Virus record (IMG/VR): IMGVR_UViG_3300048926_000317
Location: 1-64,000 of that record
From: a virus
Taxonomy: Duplodnaviria; Caudoviricetes
Length of the DNA: 64,000 nt
Direction: 5' to 3' (one strand)
The position numbers and the translations under genes are program-made. Below are positions 1 to 10,437 of the stretch, piece after piece; position 1 is the stretch's first letter, and the number at the start of each line of letters is the position of its first letter. Below the pieces are notes generated by a model, which ran no database searches, had not been told where the DNA came from, and worked only from the letters and a program-made list of their open reading frames with translations.

Positions 1-258
1 ATCCATAGTGTCTTTAGTTAAAATATTAATTGCTTTCTGAACTGGAGGAATGCTAGTAATGGATGTGATTTTAATATCTTTATTAATATCCATCAACTGT
101 TTACCTTCGTCTTGTAGTCGTTTTATTCTTGCAGCTTCGGCCGCCCTACCATCTTTTATGTAATTAGTTATTTTATCATCAATAAAGTCAGCGACCTTAA
201 ATTCAGAAGGTCGTAATGCTTGTAATGCTATTGAATTGCCTTTAGGTAGATTTGCCAT
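1..258 (-). CDS. Partial CDS running off the window edge; putative internal virion/ejected protein
   Basis: ATG at 258-256 (MANLPKGNSIALQALRPSEFKVADFIDDK...), open to position 1. Directly follows the ejection-like gene. Confidence 0.5.
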   Translation of the reverse strand, partial: MANLPKGNSIALQALRPSEFKVADFIDDKITNYIKDGRAAEAARIKRLQDEGKQLMDINKDIKITSITSIPPVQKAINILTKDTMD

Positions 259-260
259 AA

Positions 261-959
261 TTAAAATCCTCTTCTAGTGCCATACAAATATGAATTATAT
301 TGATTTAAATCATTTTGATTATATAAATTAGCTTGTATCGCATTTTGTGGTTGAGTTCCAGAATTTATTAGAGTTGTATTAAATTTGAAGGCATTTCCAA
401 ACTGATTTGAATTTGCATTTGTATTATTAACTGAACTAGTACTAGATGTTGGAATTGTAGAAGCGGCACTAGCTACATTCGCAATACTCTTTACGGTATT
501 ACTCAGCCCTTGGTTATATTCTTGTTGTGCATTATTTATAGCATTCCCAATTCCTAATAAATCATCGCGTTCTCTCTGTTCTGTCATTCCTTGAACCATA
601 GCATTTCCTTGTGCAGATAATTGTTGGTTTTGATTAAACTGTGAATCTAGCCCTGCCGCAATCTGGTTATTGGCCTGAATTACATTATCGTATAGAGTAG
701 GCAATCCACCAATAATAGCTCGCGCTCCTCCTGCTCGTAAAGCATCCGTTGCTGTAGCTACTTGATTATTCAAATTTTGCTGTTGTAGATCAGCTCCCAA
801 AGTAGAAACTTGAAGATCTTCATATGGATTCTTCAATTGTTGTCTTTCGTATTCGGCTGCTGCTTTTTCAGCTTCTTTTTGTTTCTTTTTAGCATCTACA
901 GTTTGGTAAACACTTAAGCCTAATCCTACTACTGCAACTGCTGCTAATGCTATTGGCAT
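261..959 (-). CDS. Putative DNA ejection/internal virion protein
   Basis: Hydrophobic Gly/Ala N-terminus (MPIALAAVAVVGLGLSVYQ) followed by a Q/N/A-rich helical region. Sits after the GNAT and tail stabilisation genes, as in P22-like podovirus gene order. Confidence 0.6.
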   Translation of the reverse strand: MPIALAAVAVVGLGLSVYQTVDAKKKQKEAEKAAAEYERQQLKNPYEDLQVSTLGADLQQQNLNNQVATATDALRAGGARAIIGGLPTLYDNVIQANNQIAAGLDSQFNQNQQLSAQGNAMVQGMTEQRERDDLLGIGNAINNAQQEYNQGLSNTVKSIANVASAASTIPTSSTSSVNNTNANSNQFGNAFKFNTTLINSGTQPQNAIQANLYNQNDLNQYNSYLYGTRRGF

Positions 960-960
960 A

Positions 961-1368
961 TTATTCTATTTTTGCAATTAATTCTGAGGTTCGGTTACTA
1001 GCTTCGGTAAATCCGATCTCTTTAAAACAATTCACAAGATTTATATCCTGTGCCCATGTAGCAATATAACTATAACCTAAATCCTTTGCATACAAAAGTA
1101 GTTGATTTACAAATATTTTAAGGCTTTGCTCCCTTCTATTTGTCTTTTTATATTGTGTATTTCTCGCGATAAATCCTACTTGTGCCAATTTACTATTTGT
1201 CATCCATAAAAATCCCACATATATTCCTTCTCCACTATATTCATCCTGCATTATAATACCGGTTTCAGGATACATATCTTCCGGAATTCTATTCATCCCC
1301 TGATACTCTAACCAGTCATTGGCTTTAGTAATATCTTCGGGTAATATAGTTCTGAATTTGTCGTACAT
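961..1368 (-). CDS. GNAT-fold acetyltransferase-like virion assembly protein
   Basis: VGFLW strand, LLLYAKDLGYSYIATW and C-terminal FKEIGF pattern. Positioned between tail and ejection genes like P22 gp14. Confidence 0.6.
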   Translation of the reverse strand: MYDKFRTILPEDITKANDWLEYQGMNRIPEDMYPETGIIMQDEYSGEGIYVGFLWMTNSKLAQVGFIARNTQYKKTNRREQSLKIFVNQLLLYAKDLGYSYIATWAQDINLVNCFKEIGFTEASNRTSELIAKIE

Positions 1369-1403
1369 ATTTTAAGCGTCTCCTCCCATATTATCTTTAT
1401 TGT

Positions 1404-2782
1404 TTACTCCCCTTTTTTATAATCCTTATGTCTATGAAAATAAGTGTCATCATATCCAAACAATTCATAATGAATATCCCACTCTATAACCTTTGCTTCA
1501 AAAAGAGGTTTTAGTAATTTTATATCGAATCTGTTTGCATCTTCTACAAGCCAATTATATCTTCCCACTAGTAGCATTTTAAAATTTGTAAAATATGTAT
1601 CAAAAGAGTCTTTTTGCCAATCTTTTTCAGCAGGTTTTTCATTAATGTATGAATTTAAAAATTCTGTTATCGTTTCAAATCTTTTTTTCATATCATTAGA
1701 CCAGGTAGTTTCATCTGGAACCATAGATACTAAATCCATTATAAAATTATAGATTTGTTCATTTGTAATATTTTTTGATTCTTGCATAATTTTTTGATCT
1801 TTTATATTTAAAAACTTCTACAACTTGCTCTTATTACTTTAAACCAATTTGGATCATAATTAAAATAAATTGGTTCAGAAGGAGGATCTACAGATACCAT
1901 TAGACAATAATCTAATTTTTCTGTTCCCCATGATCTAAGCCAAAAACCACGTGATTCTAACTCTTTCCTTAGTTCTTCGTTAGTCATACTTCGAGATTGT
2001 TTATTAATAACAGGAGACAAGCTATATATATATGGTTTTAACCTAAATAGATTATTGTATATATACTCAAAGTCTTGATTCTCTTCAAAATATTTTACAA
2101 TATGTTTTTTATCAAAATCGTAAGCTTGTTTTACTGTCCATCCATGAAATACTAAAAAGATTCTAAAATCTTCTACATATTTTTCAAAAGTTATATTTAA
2201 TTCTGCCATAGCTTTATTTTGTTTGTTTGTATCTTAAACCCATTATATATGATTGATAACTCATATAATTTTTTTCTTTATTACTTAGATTATAGCTCAT
2301 AGTATCATCATGCCATTGAAATATTAATCCTTTAGGGCATTTTGAATTCACATCTAAAACTATATCATGGATGTTAAAAAAATATTGCCCTCCAATAAAA
2401 CTAATAGTAGTGCCTATTTCTCTTCCTATCCAATCATCTAAGTCATATTCTATTTCTTGTTTTTCGCTAAAATATTTGATATAGTCATTACAAGAATTTT
2501 CGAAGTTTTCTTTTAATTTATTTACCATTTTAAAATAAAACTTTTCAACTTATCAGGATCTAAATATGTATATCTTAATTCAACTATAAGACCTTCATTT
2601 TTAAAGTGTTCTATAACAGAGTCATCATAAAATCTTGGTGAAAATTCTGCATCTGAATATCCATATTTGGAGGCGCCTTTAATTCGTTTTTCAATTAGTT
2701 CAAGTCTTTCATTATGAAATAAACTAACATTGTGTTGTAATTCTTCTTTTAAAATCATAGTATTGTATATTTTATATAACAA
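1404..2782 (-). CDS. Cluster of five small hypothetical proteins inserted in the tail operon
   Basis: ORFs 1404-1787, 1808-2209, 2214-2528, 2522-2782 are tightly packed and have no structural-protein character (four in the ORF track; the count of five is approximate). Confidence 0.6.
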
Positions 2783-2787
2783 ATATA
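2780..2787 (-). promoter_or_regulatory. Bacteroidota sigma-A -7 element (TATATTTG)
   Basis: Matches TAnnTTTG in the short gap between the tail gene stop and the small-gene island. Confidence 0.55.
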
Positions 2788-2812
2788 GTAAAAAGATATG
2801 TTAAACTATTAT

Positions 2813-5800
2813 TTATAGAAAAGATTTAATTATTTCTGTTGAAGCAGATGTAATATAGATAGATTCACTTGTCATTTTTTCTAAAGTAATTTCCATCCAC
2901 TTACCTCTTATTGGATCGCCATCTGGCCTATATCCACCTACGTATTTTTTAATAGCAAACGCATATTGATCGATTGACAATCCTATAACATTTGATAAAG
3001 TTAATGAATCTTTATCAATATTTAAAATTTCATACTCAATATTTGAATTTTGCACCATTAAAAAATCTCCTACACTAATATCATTATCAAATGATCTACT
3101 AAATTTTAAAATATTAGCATTGATTTCTTGAATTACTCCTAAGCCCACCGATGTATTATATCCTAAAACATTTCTAAAACAATCTGTATAATAAAAACTT
3201 TCTTTCTTTTGATATAAATTTTCACTAATTTGGCTCTCAGTATAATTTGTTCTTATTTTAGTATTCCATGGAGTATTACTTTGTAGAAACATAGCTTTAA
3301 ATACTTTATCACTATCAATTTCAGGATTTACAACATAGACAACTTTTACATTCATTGTTCCTTGCCCTGCAAAATTACTGTAACTTTCTGTTACTTCATT
3401 TTGATAAACTATTCCTTTATACGAAGCGAATGGCTTTCCATTCATACTAAATAAGAAATCCGATTTATAAGTATAATAATTTACAAAGCCTTGTGTTAAC
3501 AATGAGAATGCAATAGATTTTTCATTATTTAAACTTACTACATATTCTCCATGTGCATCATCATAAACTCCCTGAAATGAATCATATTGTTCTAAAACTT
3601 CAACACCTTCTTTATGAAATCCGCTTCTTGGGGCATTTAGTTCTGTAATTTCAAAGCCTTGTTTTAATAAAAATCGCGATCTGTTTTTATCTACTGCCAT
3701 TATAGCGTTTCCTGATTTAACAACACTTTCTGGATTATAAGAAATTCCATATTCATAAGGTAATACTTTATATCCGCCTAAAACTTTATCGCTTAATGCT
3801 ACCGTTTCTATCCCTTGCATATCTGCTATAATAGATTTTTCATAGAATACATCAATAAATTTATTTGTTAAACAAGAAGTTATATTACCATCTAAAGAAA
3901 TTAATCTTTGTATTTCACCATAATTGATTGGTAAACTAATCCAATTTACTAAAGCATTATTAAATTCGGAAAGATTATTAATCCCTAAATCATAATTGTA
4001 TATTCCTGAATAAGTAATATCAGTCTTTCTATGAACCTGTTTGTATCCTTTTATTTCAACTGCGTTTGGTCTGAAATCATATTTTAATTTTTTAGCATTG
4101 AATAAATCTTTAATTTTATAACTTTCTACTCCATTCCCCCATACATAACCATTATGAAAGCCTGTATTAAAATATCCATCTGGCTCAGCTCCTATATGCT
4201 GCCCATTTTGTATTAAAAATGTATTTGGTGTTTCAAAATAAAAGTCGCTTAAATTTTCTTCTTCTCTAGTTCGAAATATAATAGGCTTATTCCCTCTAGT
4301 TAATACTGTTTCGGTTCTAACTTTTACTACAGCCCTTTCATCTCTATTCCCATAATTAACTGCCCAATCATATATCCATCCACCGGTTGCTCTTACTAAA
4401 TCAGGATATTTATCATTAGTTAGTATTTTAATTTCATTTCCGTTCTCTTCTATCTTTACATATGGGCTATCAAAATTATCTAATAAGAAAAGATATATAT
4501 TATCATATTGTCGAGTAGCATACATCTCTTTTGAAATAGTAACTGTTCCCGATATTTCAATTGCATCTTCTCCACGACCTTTTTTATCTCGCCCATATGT
4601 TAAATCTACAGACAACTTTATAATATCACCTTCTCTAATTGCTGAATAATCACTTTTATATAAAGTCCCTCTATTTTCATAAGAACTATAGAAATTACCA
4701 TCATAGGTTCCGGTGTAGCCACTTGTAGCATCATAACGTCTAGGATTAGTAGAGTTGGGTTCAGCATCAATTACAGCCCAATATTTATTGTGAGATTTAT
4801 AAACATTTTGATTGTTATATGTTTCTATAAGAAAAGTAGAATCAACTTCTATCTCAGCGTATAATCCTTTAATTGAAACTCCGTCCGGAACATCCATTTG
4901 TTTTACATCAATTACCTTATACTCTTTCAAAATAGTTTCTAAAGCATCAACACGATATAAAACATCTCCTTTTTTTACTCTTTGCACATTATCTCCCGAT
5001 AAATATAAATAAACTTTTACTCCAATTTTTCTAATAAGAGTAATATATAAGGTTTCATATGTTAAATCTTGTGAGTTTACTACAAATTTAAATTTTGTAG
5101 CCCATGTTGGAGGGGGATGATTTAGTTTTGCCTTGATAGCATTCACACTAAATCTTTTATCGAAAGGAACTAATATCTCATTTTGCTCTTGATTTTGATT
5201 AACTAATACTGTTGTACTTACATTATAATCGTCAAAATATACTATTCCTATTTTATAAGCATATAAGGATACTACTGTCTCATTATTATTTAACACTGGC
5301 GTTGTATTATCAAGCCTTAGTTCCATATTAATTTTAGAAGCTAATCCTAAGTCATATCCTTCTTTATAATTACCAAAGAAAACTCTATTGCCGGCAACAT
5401 CTTGTGCCTTTGGATAAGTTGGAACATTATTATAAATTAGTTTTGCTTCATCATTTGGAAGCACTTTATAGTTATTTGAATATGTATAAATAATCTCCGG
5501 AAGTAAAATATTATTCCCATAATTATTATTATCGGCTTTATTGAATGAATAGATTAAATATGTAGCAACACTATTATGTTCTCTAGCATAAACTTCAATA
5601 TCAGTAACATCTTTCCCACCTGAGTAAACTAAAAGCTTTACAGCATTAGTCTTATTTACCATAGCAAGATTTTCTCTTTCTGCATTTATTGCAAATTGAT
5701 TTACATCTTTTGTTTGAAATGCTACTTTTGAAAAAAATGATAACGAAGAGTAATCTCCATCTTTATATTTAAATCTATATGCGAAACTTACAAATTTATT

Positions 5801-6385
5801 TTTTCGTGATTCATCATTTAGTTTTGTGTCATTATAAAGGCTTAATATTTTAGGCTCTTGGAATGGAGGCTTTTTAGCCAACATAATATCTTCTTCAGTA
5901 AATCCTAAAACATAATCCTGAACCCTTGTAAGGTTTATGCATCTAACATTCCTCCATACTTCATGGGAGAAAATAAGAAGATCCCCAACTTGATTAACAC
6001 TAAGTAAATATTTATACGGAAATATTACTTGCCCTTTATCCCATCTAATTAAATCAAATCTTAATACCGTAGTATCTTGAATAATAACTCTTGAAATTTT
6101 AGTTTCTACATCATATTCAATAATCTTTGATTTCCCATTTGATTGGGCTAAAAAATAATAGGATTTATTATTTAAACCTTCATAATGACCCACTACAGTC
6201 ATTTGTTTGTTTTCAGAATAATTAGAAACCTCAAGGCTCCCTTTTAAATTTTTAAGCGAACCATCATCCCCTTCTCCTATAATACGTAAGTTTTCACTTC
6301 GAACATAATCTTTATTCTCTAGTAATGAATAATGAGTATCACTATCCATTTTGCCGGCTGTAAAATTATTTAATACTTTTGCCAT
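2813..6385 (-). CDS. Tail stabilisation/nozzle (muzzle) protein, P22 gp10-like, crAss-type
   Basis: 1190 aa with N-terminus NNFTAGKMDSDTHYSLLENKDYVRSENLRI, beta-propeller-like composition, FAYRFKYKDGDYS and C-terminal GDPIRGKWMEITL motifs typical of this family. Confidence 0.75.
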   Translation of the reverse strand: MAKVLNNFTAGKMDSDTHYSLLENKDYVRSENLRIIGEGDDGSLKNLKGSLEVSNYSENKQMTVVGHYEGLNNKSYYFLAQSNGKSKIIEYDVETKISRVIIQDTTVLRFDLIRWDKGQVIFPYKYLLSVNQVGDLLIFSHEVWRNVRCINLTRVQDYVLGFTEEDIMLAKKPPFQEPKILSLYNDTKLNDESRKNKFVSFAYRFKYKDGDYSSLSFFSKVAFQTKDVNQFAINAERENLAMVNKTNAVKLLVYSGGKDVTDIEVYAREHNSVATYLIYSFNKADNNNYGNNILLPEIIYTYSNNYKVLPNDEAKLIYNNVPTYPKAQDVAGNRVFFGNYKEGYDLGLASKINMELRLDNTTPVLNNNETVVSLYAYKIGIVYFDDYNVSTTVLVNQNQEQNEILVPFDKRFSVNAIKAKLNHPPPTWATKFKFVVNSQDLTYETLYITLIRKIGVKVYLYLSGDNVQRVKKGDVLYRVDALETILKEYKVIDVKQMDVPDGVSIKGLYAEIEVDSTFLIETYNNQNVYKSHNKYWAVIDAEPNSTNPRRYDATSGYTGTYDGNFYSSYENRGTLYKSDYSAIREGDIIKLSVDLTYGRDKKGRGEDAIEISGTVTISKEMYATRQYDNIYLFLLDNFDSPYVKIEENGNEIKILTNDKYPDLVRATGGWIYDWAVNYGNRDERAVVKVRTETVLTRGNKPIIFRTREEENLSDFYFETPNTFLIQNGQHIGAEPDGYFNTGFHNGYVWGNGVESYKIKDLFNAKKLKYDFRPNAVEIKGYKQVHRKTDITYSGIYNYDLGINNLSEFNNALVNWISLPINYGEIQRLISLDGNITSCLTNKFIDVFYEKSIIADMQGIETVALSDKVLGGYKVLPYEYGISYNPESVVKSGNAIMAVDKNRSRFLLKQGFEITELNAPRSGFHKEGVEVLEQYDSFQGVYDDAHGEYVVSLNNEKSIAFSLLTQGFVNYYTYKSDFLFSMNGKPFASYKGIVYQNEVTESYSNFAGQGTMNVKVVYVVNPEIDSDKVFKAMFLQSNTPWNTKIRTNYTESQISENLYQKKESFYYTDCFRNVLGYNTSVGLGVIQEINANILKFSRSFDNDISVGDFLMVQNSNIEYEILNIDKDSLTLSNVIGLSIDQYAFAIKKYVGGYRPDGDPIRGKWMEITLEKMTSESIYITSASTEIIKSFL

Positions 6386-6389
6386 AGGA

Positions 6390-7178
6390 TTATCTCATTA
6401 ACATTATGGAATAAATATCATTTATACTTAACGCATTTCTGCTAGTGCTTACTTTAGTTCTTGAAGCTTTAAACATGGTCTTATAATACTGAGATTGCCC
6501 CATTGTATCTTGCCCATTTTCTAAAAGTTTCCATCTAATAAAATACATTAGGGGCTCAGCCATTTCTTCTTCGATAAATATTTGACATTCAGATAAACTC
6601 CCAGATTGGTTACCTATATATTCAATTATAACAGACATCCCTTCCAAATCTGAACTGAATTCAAAAAACTCTTCACCAACCCTCACCCATGAATCTTTAT
6701 ATTTTTTAAGATCAGCCAATAATTGACGCATCATAGGGGGTAAATAATATCCTTCTCCACAACATGTTGAACAATTGATATCACATTTATTTCCCTTAGA
6801 TGGATTACAAGTCATACATTCATCTTTCAATAAATCTTCATTACATGTTTCTAGTAACGTTCCATCACAATTTAAAAGATAATGATATATTTTTTCCGGA
6901 ATATTTTGGTTTCTGTCAATTTCAATAGTCCTACCATCACAATTAATTAAATAAGCCCTTACAAACTGATAATAATCATCAGGCTTTTGCACCTTACAGC
7001 TAAACGGGATATCTACATTCAATCCTTTTAGATTTGATGCGAAAGATAAATTAAGTTTATTTAATCCTGTTTTGGCATATCTATACATTAGATATCTTTC
7101 TTTATTTCTGAATATACTATCTATTGATTGGGACTCTAAAAAGATTTCCTCTACGACATCTTGAATGGTTGTTCTCAT
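6390..7178 (-). CDS. Tail ring/tubular (head-tail adaptor) protein
   Basis: Likely start MRTTIQDVV at 7178. Contains KPDDYYQFVRAY and EPLMYFIRWKLLE. Immediately upstream of the stabilisation gene. Cys-rich internal insert. Confidence 0.55.
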   Translation of the reverse strand: MRTTIQDVVEEIFLESQSIDSIFRNKERYLMYRYAKTGLNKLNLSFASNLKGLNVDIPFSCKVQKPDDYYQFVRAYLINCDGRTIEIDRNQNIPEKIYHYLLNCDGTLLETCNEDLLKDECMTCNPSKGNKCDINCSTCCGEGYYLPPMMRQLLADLKKYKDSWVRVGEEFFEFSSDLEGMSVIIEYIGNQSGSLSECQIFIEEEMAEPLMYFIRWKLLENGQDTMGQSQYYKTMFKASRTKVSTSRNALSINDIYSIMLMR

Positions 7179-7214
7179 ATGATAAGCAAACTGCTTTTTT
7201 ACAGCGTGTAGGAT

Positions 7215-7234
7215 TACATTTGTTATCAAATATA
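7215..7234. promoter_or_regulatory. Two overlapping face-to-face -7 elements
   Basis: TACATTTG (+, 7215-7222) and TATATTTG (-, 7227-7234) lie in the 59-bp gap between the divergent tail and packaging operons. Confidence 0.45.
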
Positions 7235-7237
7235 GAC

Positions 7238-7624
7238 ATGCAAAATAGAAAAGCGGGTTTTGCTGTACCACTAAGCAAGACTTCAAGATTATTAGGAGCC
7301 ATAGAAATTACTAATACTAAATTATTAGGATATAGTAGTATAACTCCTGTTTTATTAGCCTTGCTGGAAGTTGATGGAGAATTAACAGCCGAACAAAGAT
7401 CTTGCCATTCAAGAATGCTGGTAGGTCCAGAAAAAAGAAAAGAATTAAAAACTTTTTTTTGGAAAATATATAATGATGAAGAAGCTATATGTGCATATTT
7501 AAATAGAAAAATAAGTATTAAATATTTTAAGAAGAATAAATCAAAAGGAGAAACCGATACAGATGTTTCAATTAGAAATATTTTAGAAAGTGGAATAGGA
7601 TTTGACCTTTTAATGAAAGATTAA
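7238..7624 (+). CDS. Hypothetical protein upstream of the terminase genes
   Basis: In-frame ATG at 7238 avoids overlap with the minus-strand ring gene. First gene of the packaging operon. Confidence 0.6.
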   Translation: MQNRKAGFAVPLSKTSRLLGAIEITNTKLLGYSSITPVLLALLEVDGELTAEQRSCHSRMLVGPEKRKELKTFFWKIYNDEEAICAYLNRKISIKYFKKNKSKGETDTDVSIRNILESGIGFDLLMKD

Positions 7625-7625
7625 A

Positions 7626-8186
7626 ATGATAGGAAGTCAATCTAAATTTATTATACAAGCTAAAAAAGATATGCCTGATTTTATTAAGAAGGCAATTGAT
7701 GATTTGTTAGAAATTTTAGATTCTGAAATTATTTTTCCAACTGACTCTAAAGGAAATGTTCAAGAGGGCAAACTTTTAAAAGTCGTTCAATCTAGGGAAC
7801 AAGTCTATTTATCTGTATCTAATATGATGGACATGATAAATATTGATAAAAGTAATGATAAAATTTATAAAAAGAAGGTAATTAATGGAATGGTTACCAC
7901 TTGGCATGAACTCACAAAAGTAATTACTAGAAATGTAGGTTATATTGATCCGCTTACAGAATTAATGTCTGATGGTCATATGACCGATGAAGATAAAAAA
8001 AGATACGAAAGAGAGTCTGTATCAGATGATTATTTATCTTCGGTAGCAAAGTCAAAAGAAATTGCATCAAATTTAGCAAAAATAATTTTAGAAAGAATAG
8101 CATCATTAGATGATCCCGAATCAGTAAATAATGAGAAGCAAGAAAAATATCAGTTACCAACAATAGCAGAGAGATATGCAAAGTGA
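7626..8186 (+). CDS. Putative terminase small subunit
   Basis: Helical 186 aa protein overlapping the terL start. The C-terminal IAERYAK resembles the FAERRSK-type ends of terL-upstream genes in Bacteroidota podoviruses. Confidence 0.5.
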   Translation: MIGSQSKFIIQAKKDMPDFIKKAIDDLLEILDSEIIFPTDSKGNVQEGKLLKVVQSREQVYLSVSNMMDMINIDKSNDKIYKKKVINGMVTTWHELTKVITRNVGYIDPLTELMSDGHMTDEDKKRYERESVSDDYLSSVAKSKEIASNLAKIILERIASLDDPESVNNEKQEKYQLPTIAERYAK

Positions 8187-10434
8187 TAAAACATATAGAC
8201 GAAGTCTCCATACTATTTTAAATGATTATATCCCTGAAGATATAATTGAAAAAGGGAATAAAGAATTGTCGTGGAATTACGGCTATCATAAAAAATATGA
8301 TCTTATTGTTATTTCAAGAGATGGTACACTTGGACAGATTGTTGAAATTGAGAATTTAAAAATAGGCTTGCCACAACCGCCAAAACAAGTTCGTAATTAT
8401 AACATTGCTAGAAAATTCCAAAAATGGAAAAGGCATGAGGTCCCAAAACAACTTTCTAACTTTGATAAGAATAATACAGACGAAACAAATAAGGATAGTA
8501 TAATAGTTTCTGTATTTCATAACAATAAACAATTTATTGATGCAGATTTTAAAAGAAAATTTGATGGAGAATTCATATATATTGATGGAGAAATAATTTA
8601 TATCCCTGGTGGATATTATTTTTTCTTACAAAATTACATGCTTACTGATGGCAAATACCCAGACTTTAGAATTACCCAGAGAGATTACTTCATATTTTTA
8701 GAAGCGTGCTATGCCGATCCTAGATGTTATGGTAGTTTGATGCTAAAAGGACGTAGGTCTTCTTTTACAGTCACTTTAGCAAGTGAAATGCTAAGAAGCG
8801 CCATAACGAAACGTAGAGGTTATTATCCAATAGTTTCAAAAACTGATAGAGATGCAAGTAATTTATTTACAAAACATATTGTAAGACCTTTCTTAAAATT
8901 CCCAAAACATTTACAACCTCAAAGGACCGGTGAAGCTAAGCCTAAATCTAAACTAGAATTTAATTCACCACAAAAGAAAATAACTCTAAATAATAAATCA
9001 TCTACTGATGATACTGGATTAGATACTTACATTGAGCCGCTAGCAACTACTGTAGATGCTTATGATGGGTCGGAAGTAACTATATCAGGCAATGATGAGA
9101 TTGGAAAATTTAAAGGTAATCTAGATATTAATGAATACTGGGAACAAGCTCACAAGATGACTCATGAAGTAGGATCAGATATTGTGGGAAAAGCAATTTG
9201 TGGCTCCACGGCCAACCCTCCAAACAAAGGAGGTAAAAATTATGAAGAATTTTATAATAATTCTAAAACAACCCAAAGAAACGATATAGGACAAACAAGT
9301 ACTGGATTATATGCAATATTTATTCCTGCCGATTATTCAACTAGAGGATTTTTTGATGAATATGGATGGGTAATTTATGATAATCCTGATGGAGAAGAAA
9401 TATTAAATGAAAGAGGAACTACCGTAAATATTGGATCAAAGCAATACTTAGATTCTAAGGAATTAGCTTGTGCTGGTAATCAGAAAAAGCTTAATGCTCA
9501 AAAGCGGAATAACCCTAGAGTTGATACAGATGCCTTTTTAGATGAAGATGCTTCTAGTATGTACGGAACAGAAGGCGTTACTAACCATGCTAATTTTTTA
9601 AAGACATTTGAAAAAAATCCTAAATACGAATTACTTGTTACTAAATTTGATTTGTATTGGAAAGATGGAATAAAAGATAATCCTGCAGGAGTTGAAATAA
9701 AGCATACACCTAAAGGACGATTTCAATCATCATGGATGCCTCTAGTTGAATTTAGAAATCAGGTTAATGTAAAAGATGGAGGAAGAAGATATCCTGTAAA
9801 TACAGCATTAGGAGCATTTGGGGTTGACCCTTATCAGTCAGATAGAGCAAAATACGGAACTGGTTCAAATCAGGGATTTGTAGGAGTTACAAAAAATAAT
9901 GAATATTTACTTGCTCCGAATGAAAGAAATAAAGTATTTTTATATTATAATCATAGGCCTGATACTATTGAAGAAGCTATTGATGACGTAATTAAAGCTA
10001 TGGTTTATTTTTCTATGCCAGTGTTACCTGAAACAAATAAAGATAAGTTAGTAACAACTCTTTATAAACGTGGATATAGAGGATACGTATTAGAAGATCC
10101 TACTAAATTGAAGTCTGAACTTTCTAATGATGGTAAAAAGTATGGCGGAATATACTCTTCAAATGCATCTGTACCACATCAGGAAGAGGCATTAAAAACT
10201 TTTATTATTGAAAATATTAATGACAATGTTGATGAAGATGATCTTAAAATTGCTTATCTTAAAATGTTAGAAGAATTACAGATTTATAATGGTGGAATCA
10301 GACAAAAATGTGATACTACCGTTGCTTTGCAACTCGCAGTATTAGCTAATACTAAATATAAAAAGAAAGAACCAAAGACAGAAGAGACTATAACCCAATA
10401 TGATATTATGGACTTATTTAAAACAGCCAATTAA
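8176..10434 (+). CDS. Terminase large subunit
   Basis: Walker A-like LKGRRSSFT, Walker B ISGNDEIGK, coupling motif GSTAN and RNase H-like nuclease FGVDPY. Directly upstream of the portal. Confidence 0.92.
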   Translation: MQSDKTYRRSLHTILNDYIPEDIIEKGNKELSWNYGYHKKYDLIVISRDGTLGQIVEIENLKIGLPQPPKQVRNYNIARKFQKWKRHEVPKQLSNFDKNNTDETNKDSIIVSVFHNNKQFIDADFKRKFDGEFIYIDGEIIYIPGGYYFFLQNYMLTDGKYPDFRITQRDYFIFLEACYADPRCYGSLMLKGRRSSFTVTLASEMLRSAITKRRGYYPIVSKTDRDASNLFTKHIVRPFLKFPKHLQPQRTGEAKPKSKLEFNSPQKKITLNNKSSTDDTGLDTYIEPLATTVDAYDGSEVTISGNDEIGKFKGNLDINEYWEQAHKMTHEVGSDIVGKAICGSTANPPNKGGKNYEEFYNNSKTTQRNDIGQTSTGLYAIFIPADYSTRGFFDEYGWVIYDNPDGEEILNERGTTVNIGSKQYLDSKELACAGNQKKLNAQKRNNPRVDTDAFLDEDASSMYGTEGVTNHANFLKTFEKNPKYELLVTKFDLYWKDGIKDNPAGVEIKHTPKGRFQSSWMPLVEFRNQVNVKDGGRRYPVNTALGAFGVDPYQSDRAKYGTGSNQGFVGVTKNNEYLLAPNERNKVFLYYNHRPDTIEEAIDDVIKAMVYFSMPVLPETNKDKLVTTLYKRGYRGYVLEDPTKLKSELSNDGKKYGGIYSSNASVPHQEEALKTFIIENINDNVDEDDLKIAYLKMLEELQIYNGGIRQKCDTTVALQLAVLANTKYKKKEPKTEETITQYDIMDLFKTAN

Positions 10435-10437
10435 CCT

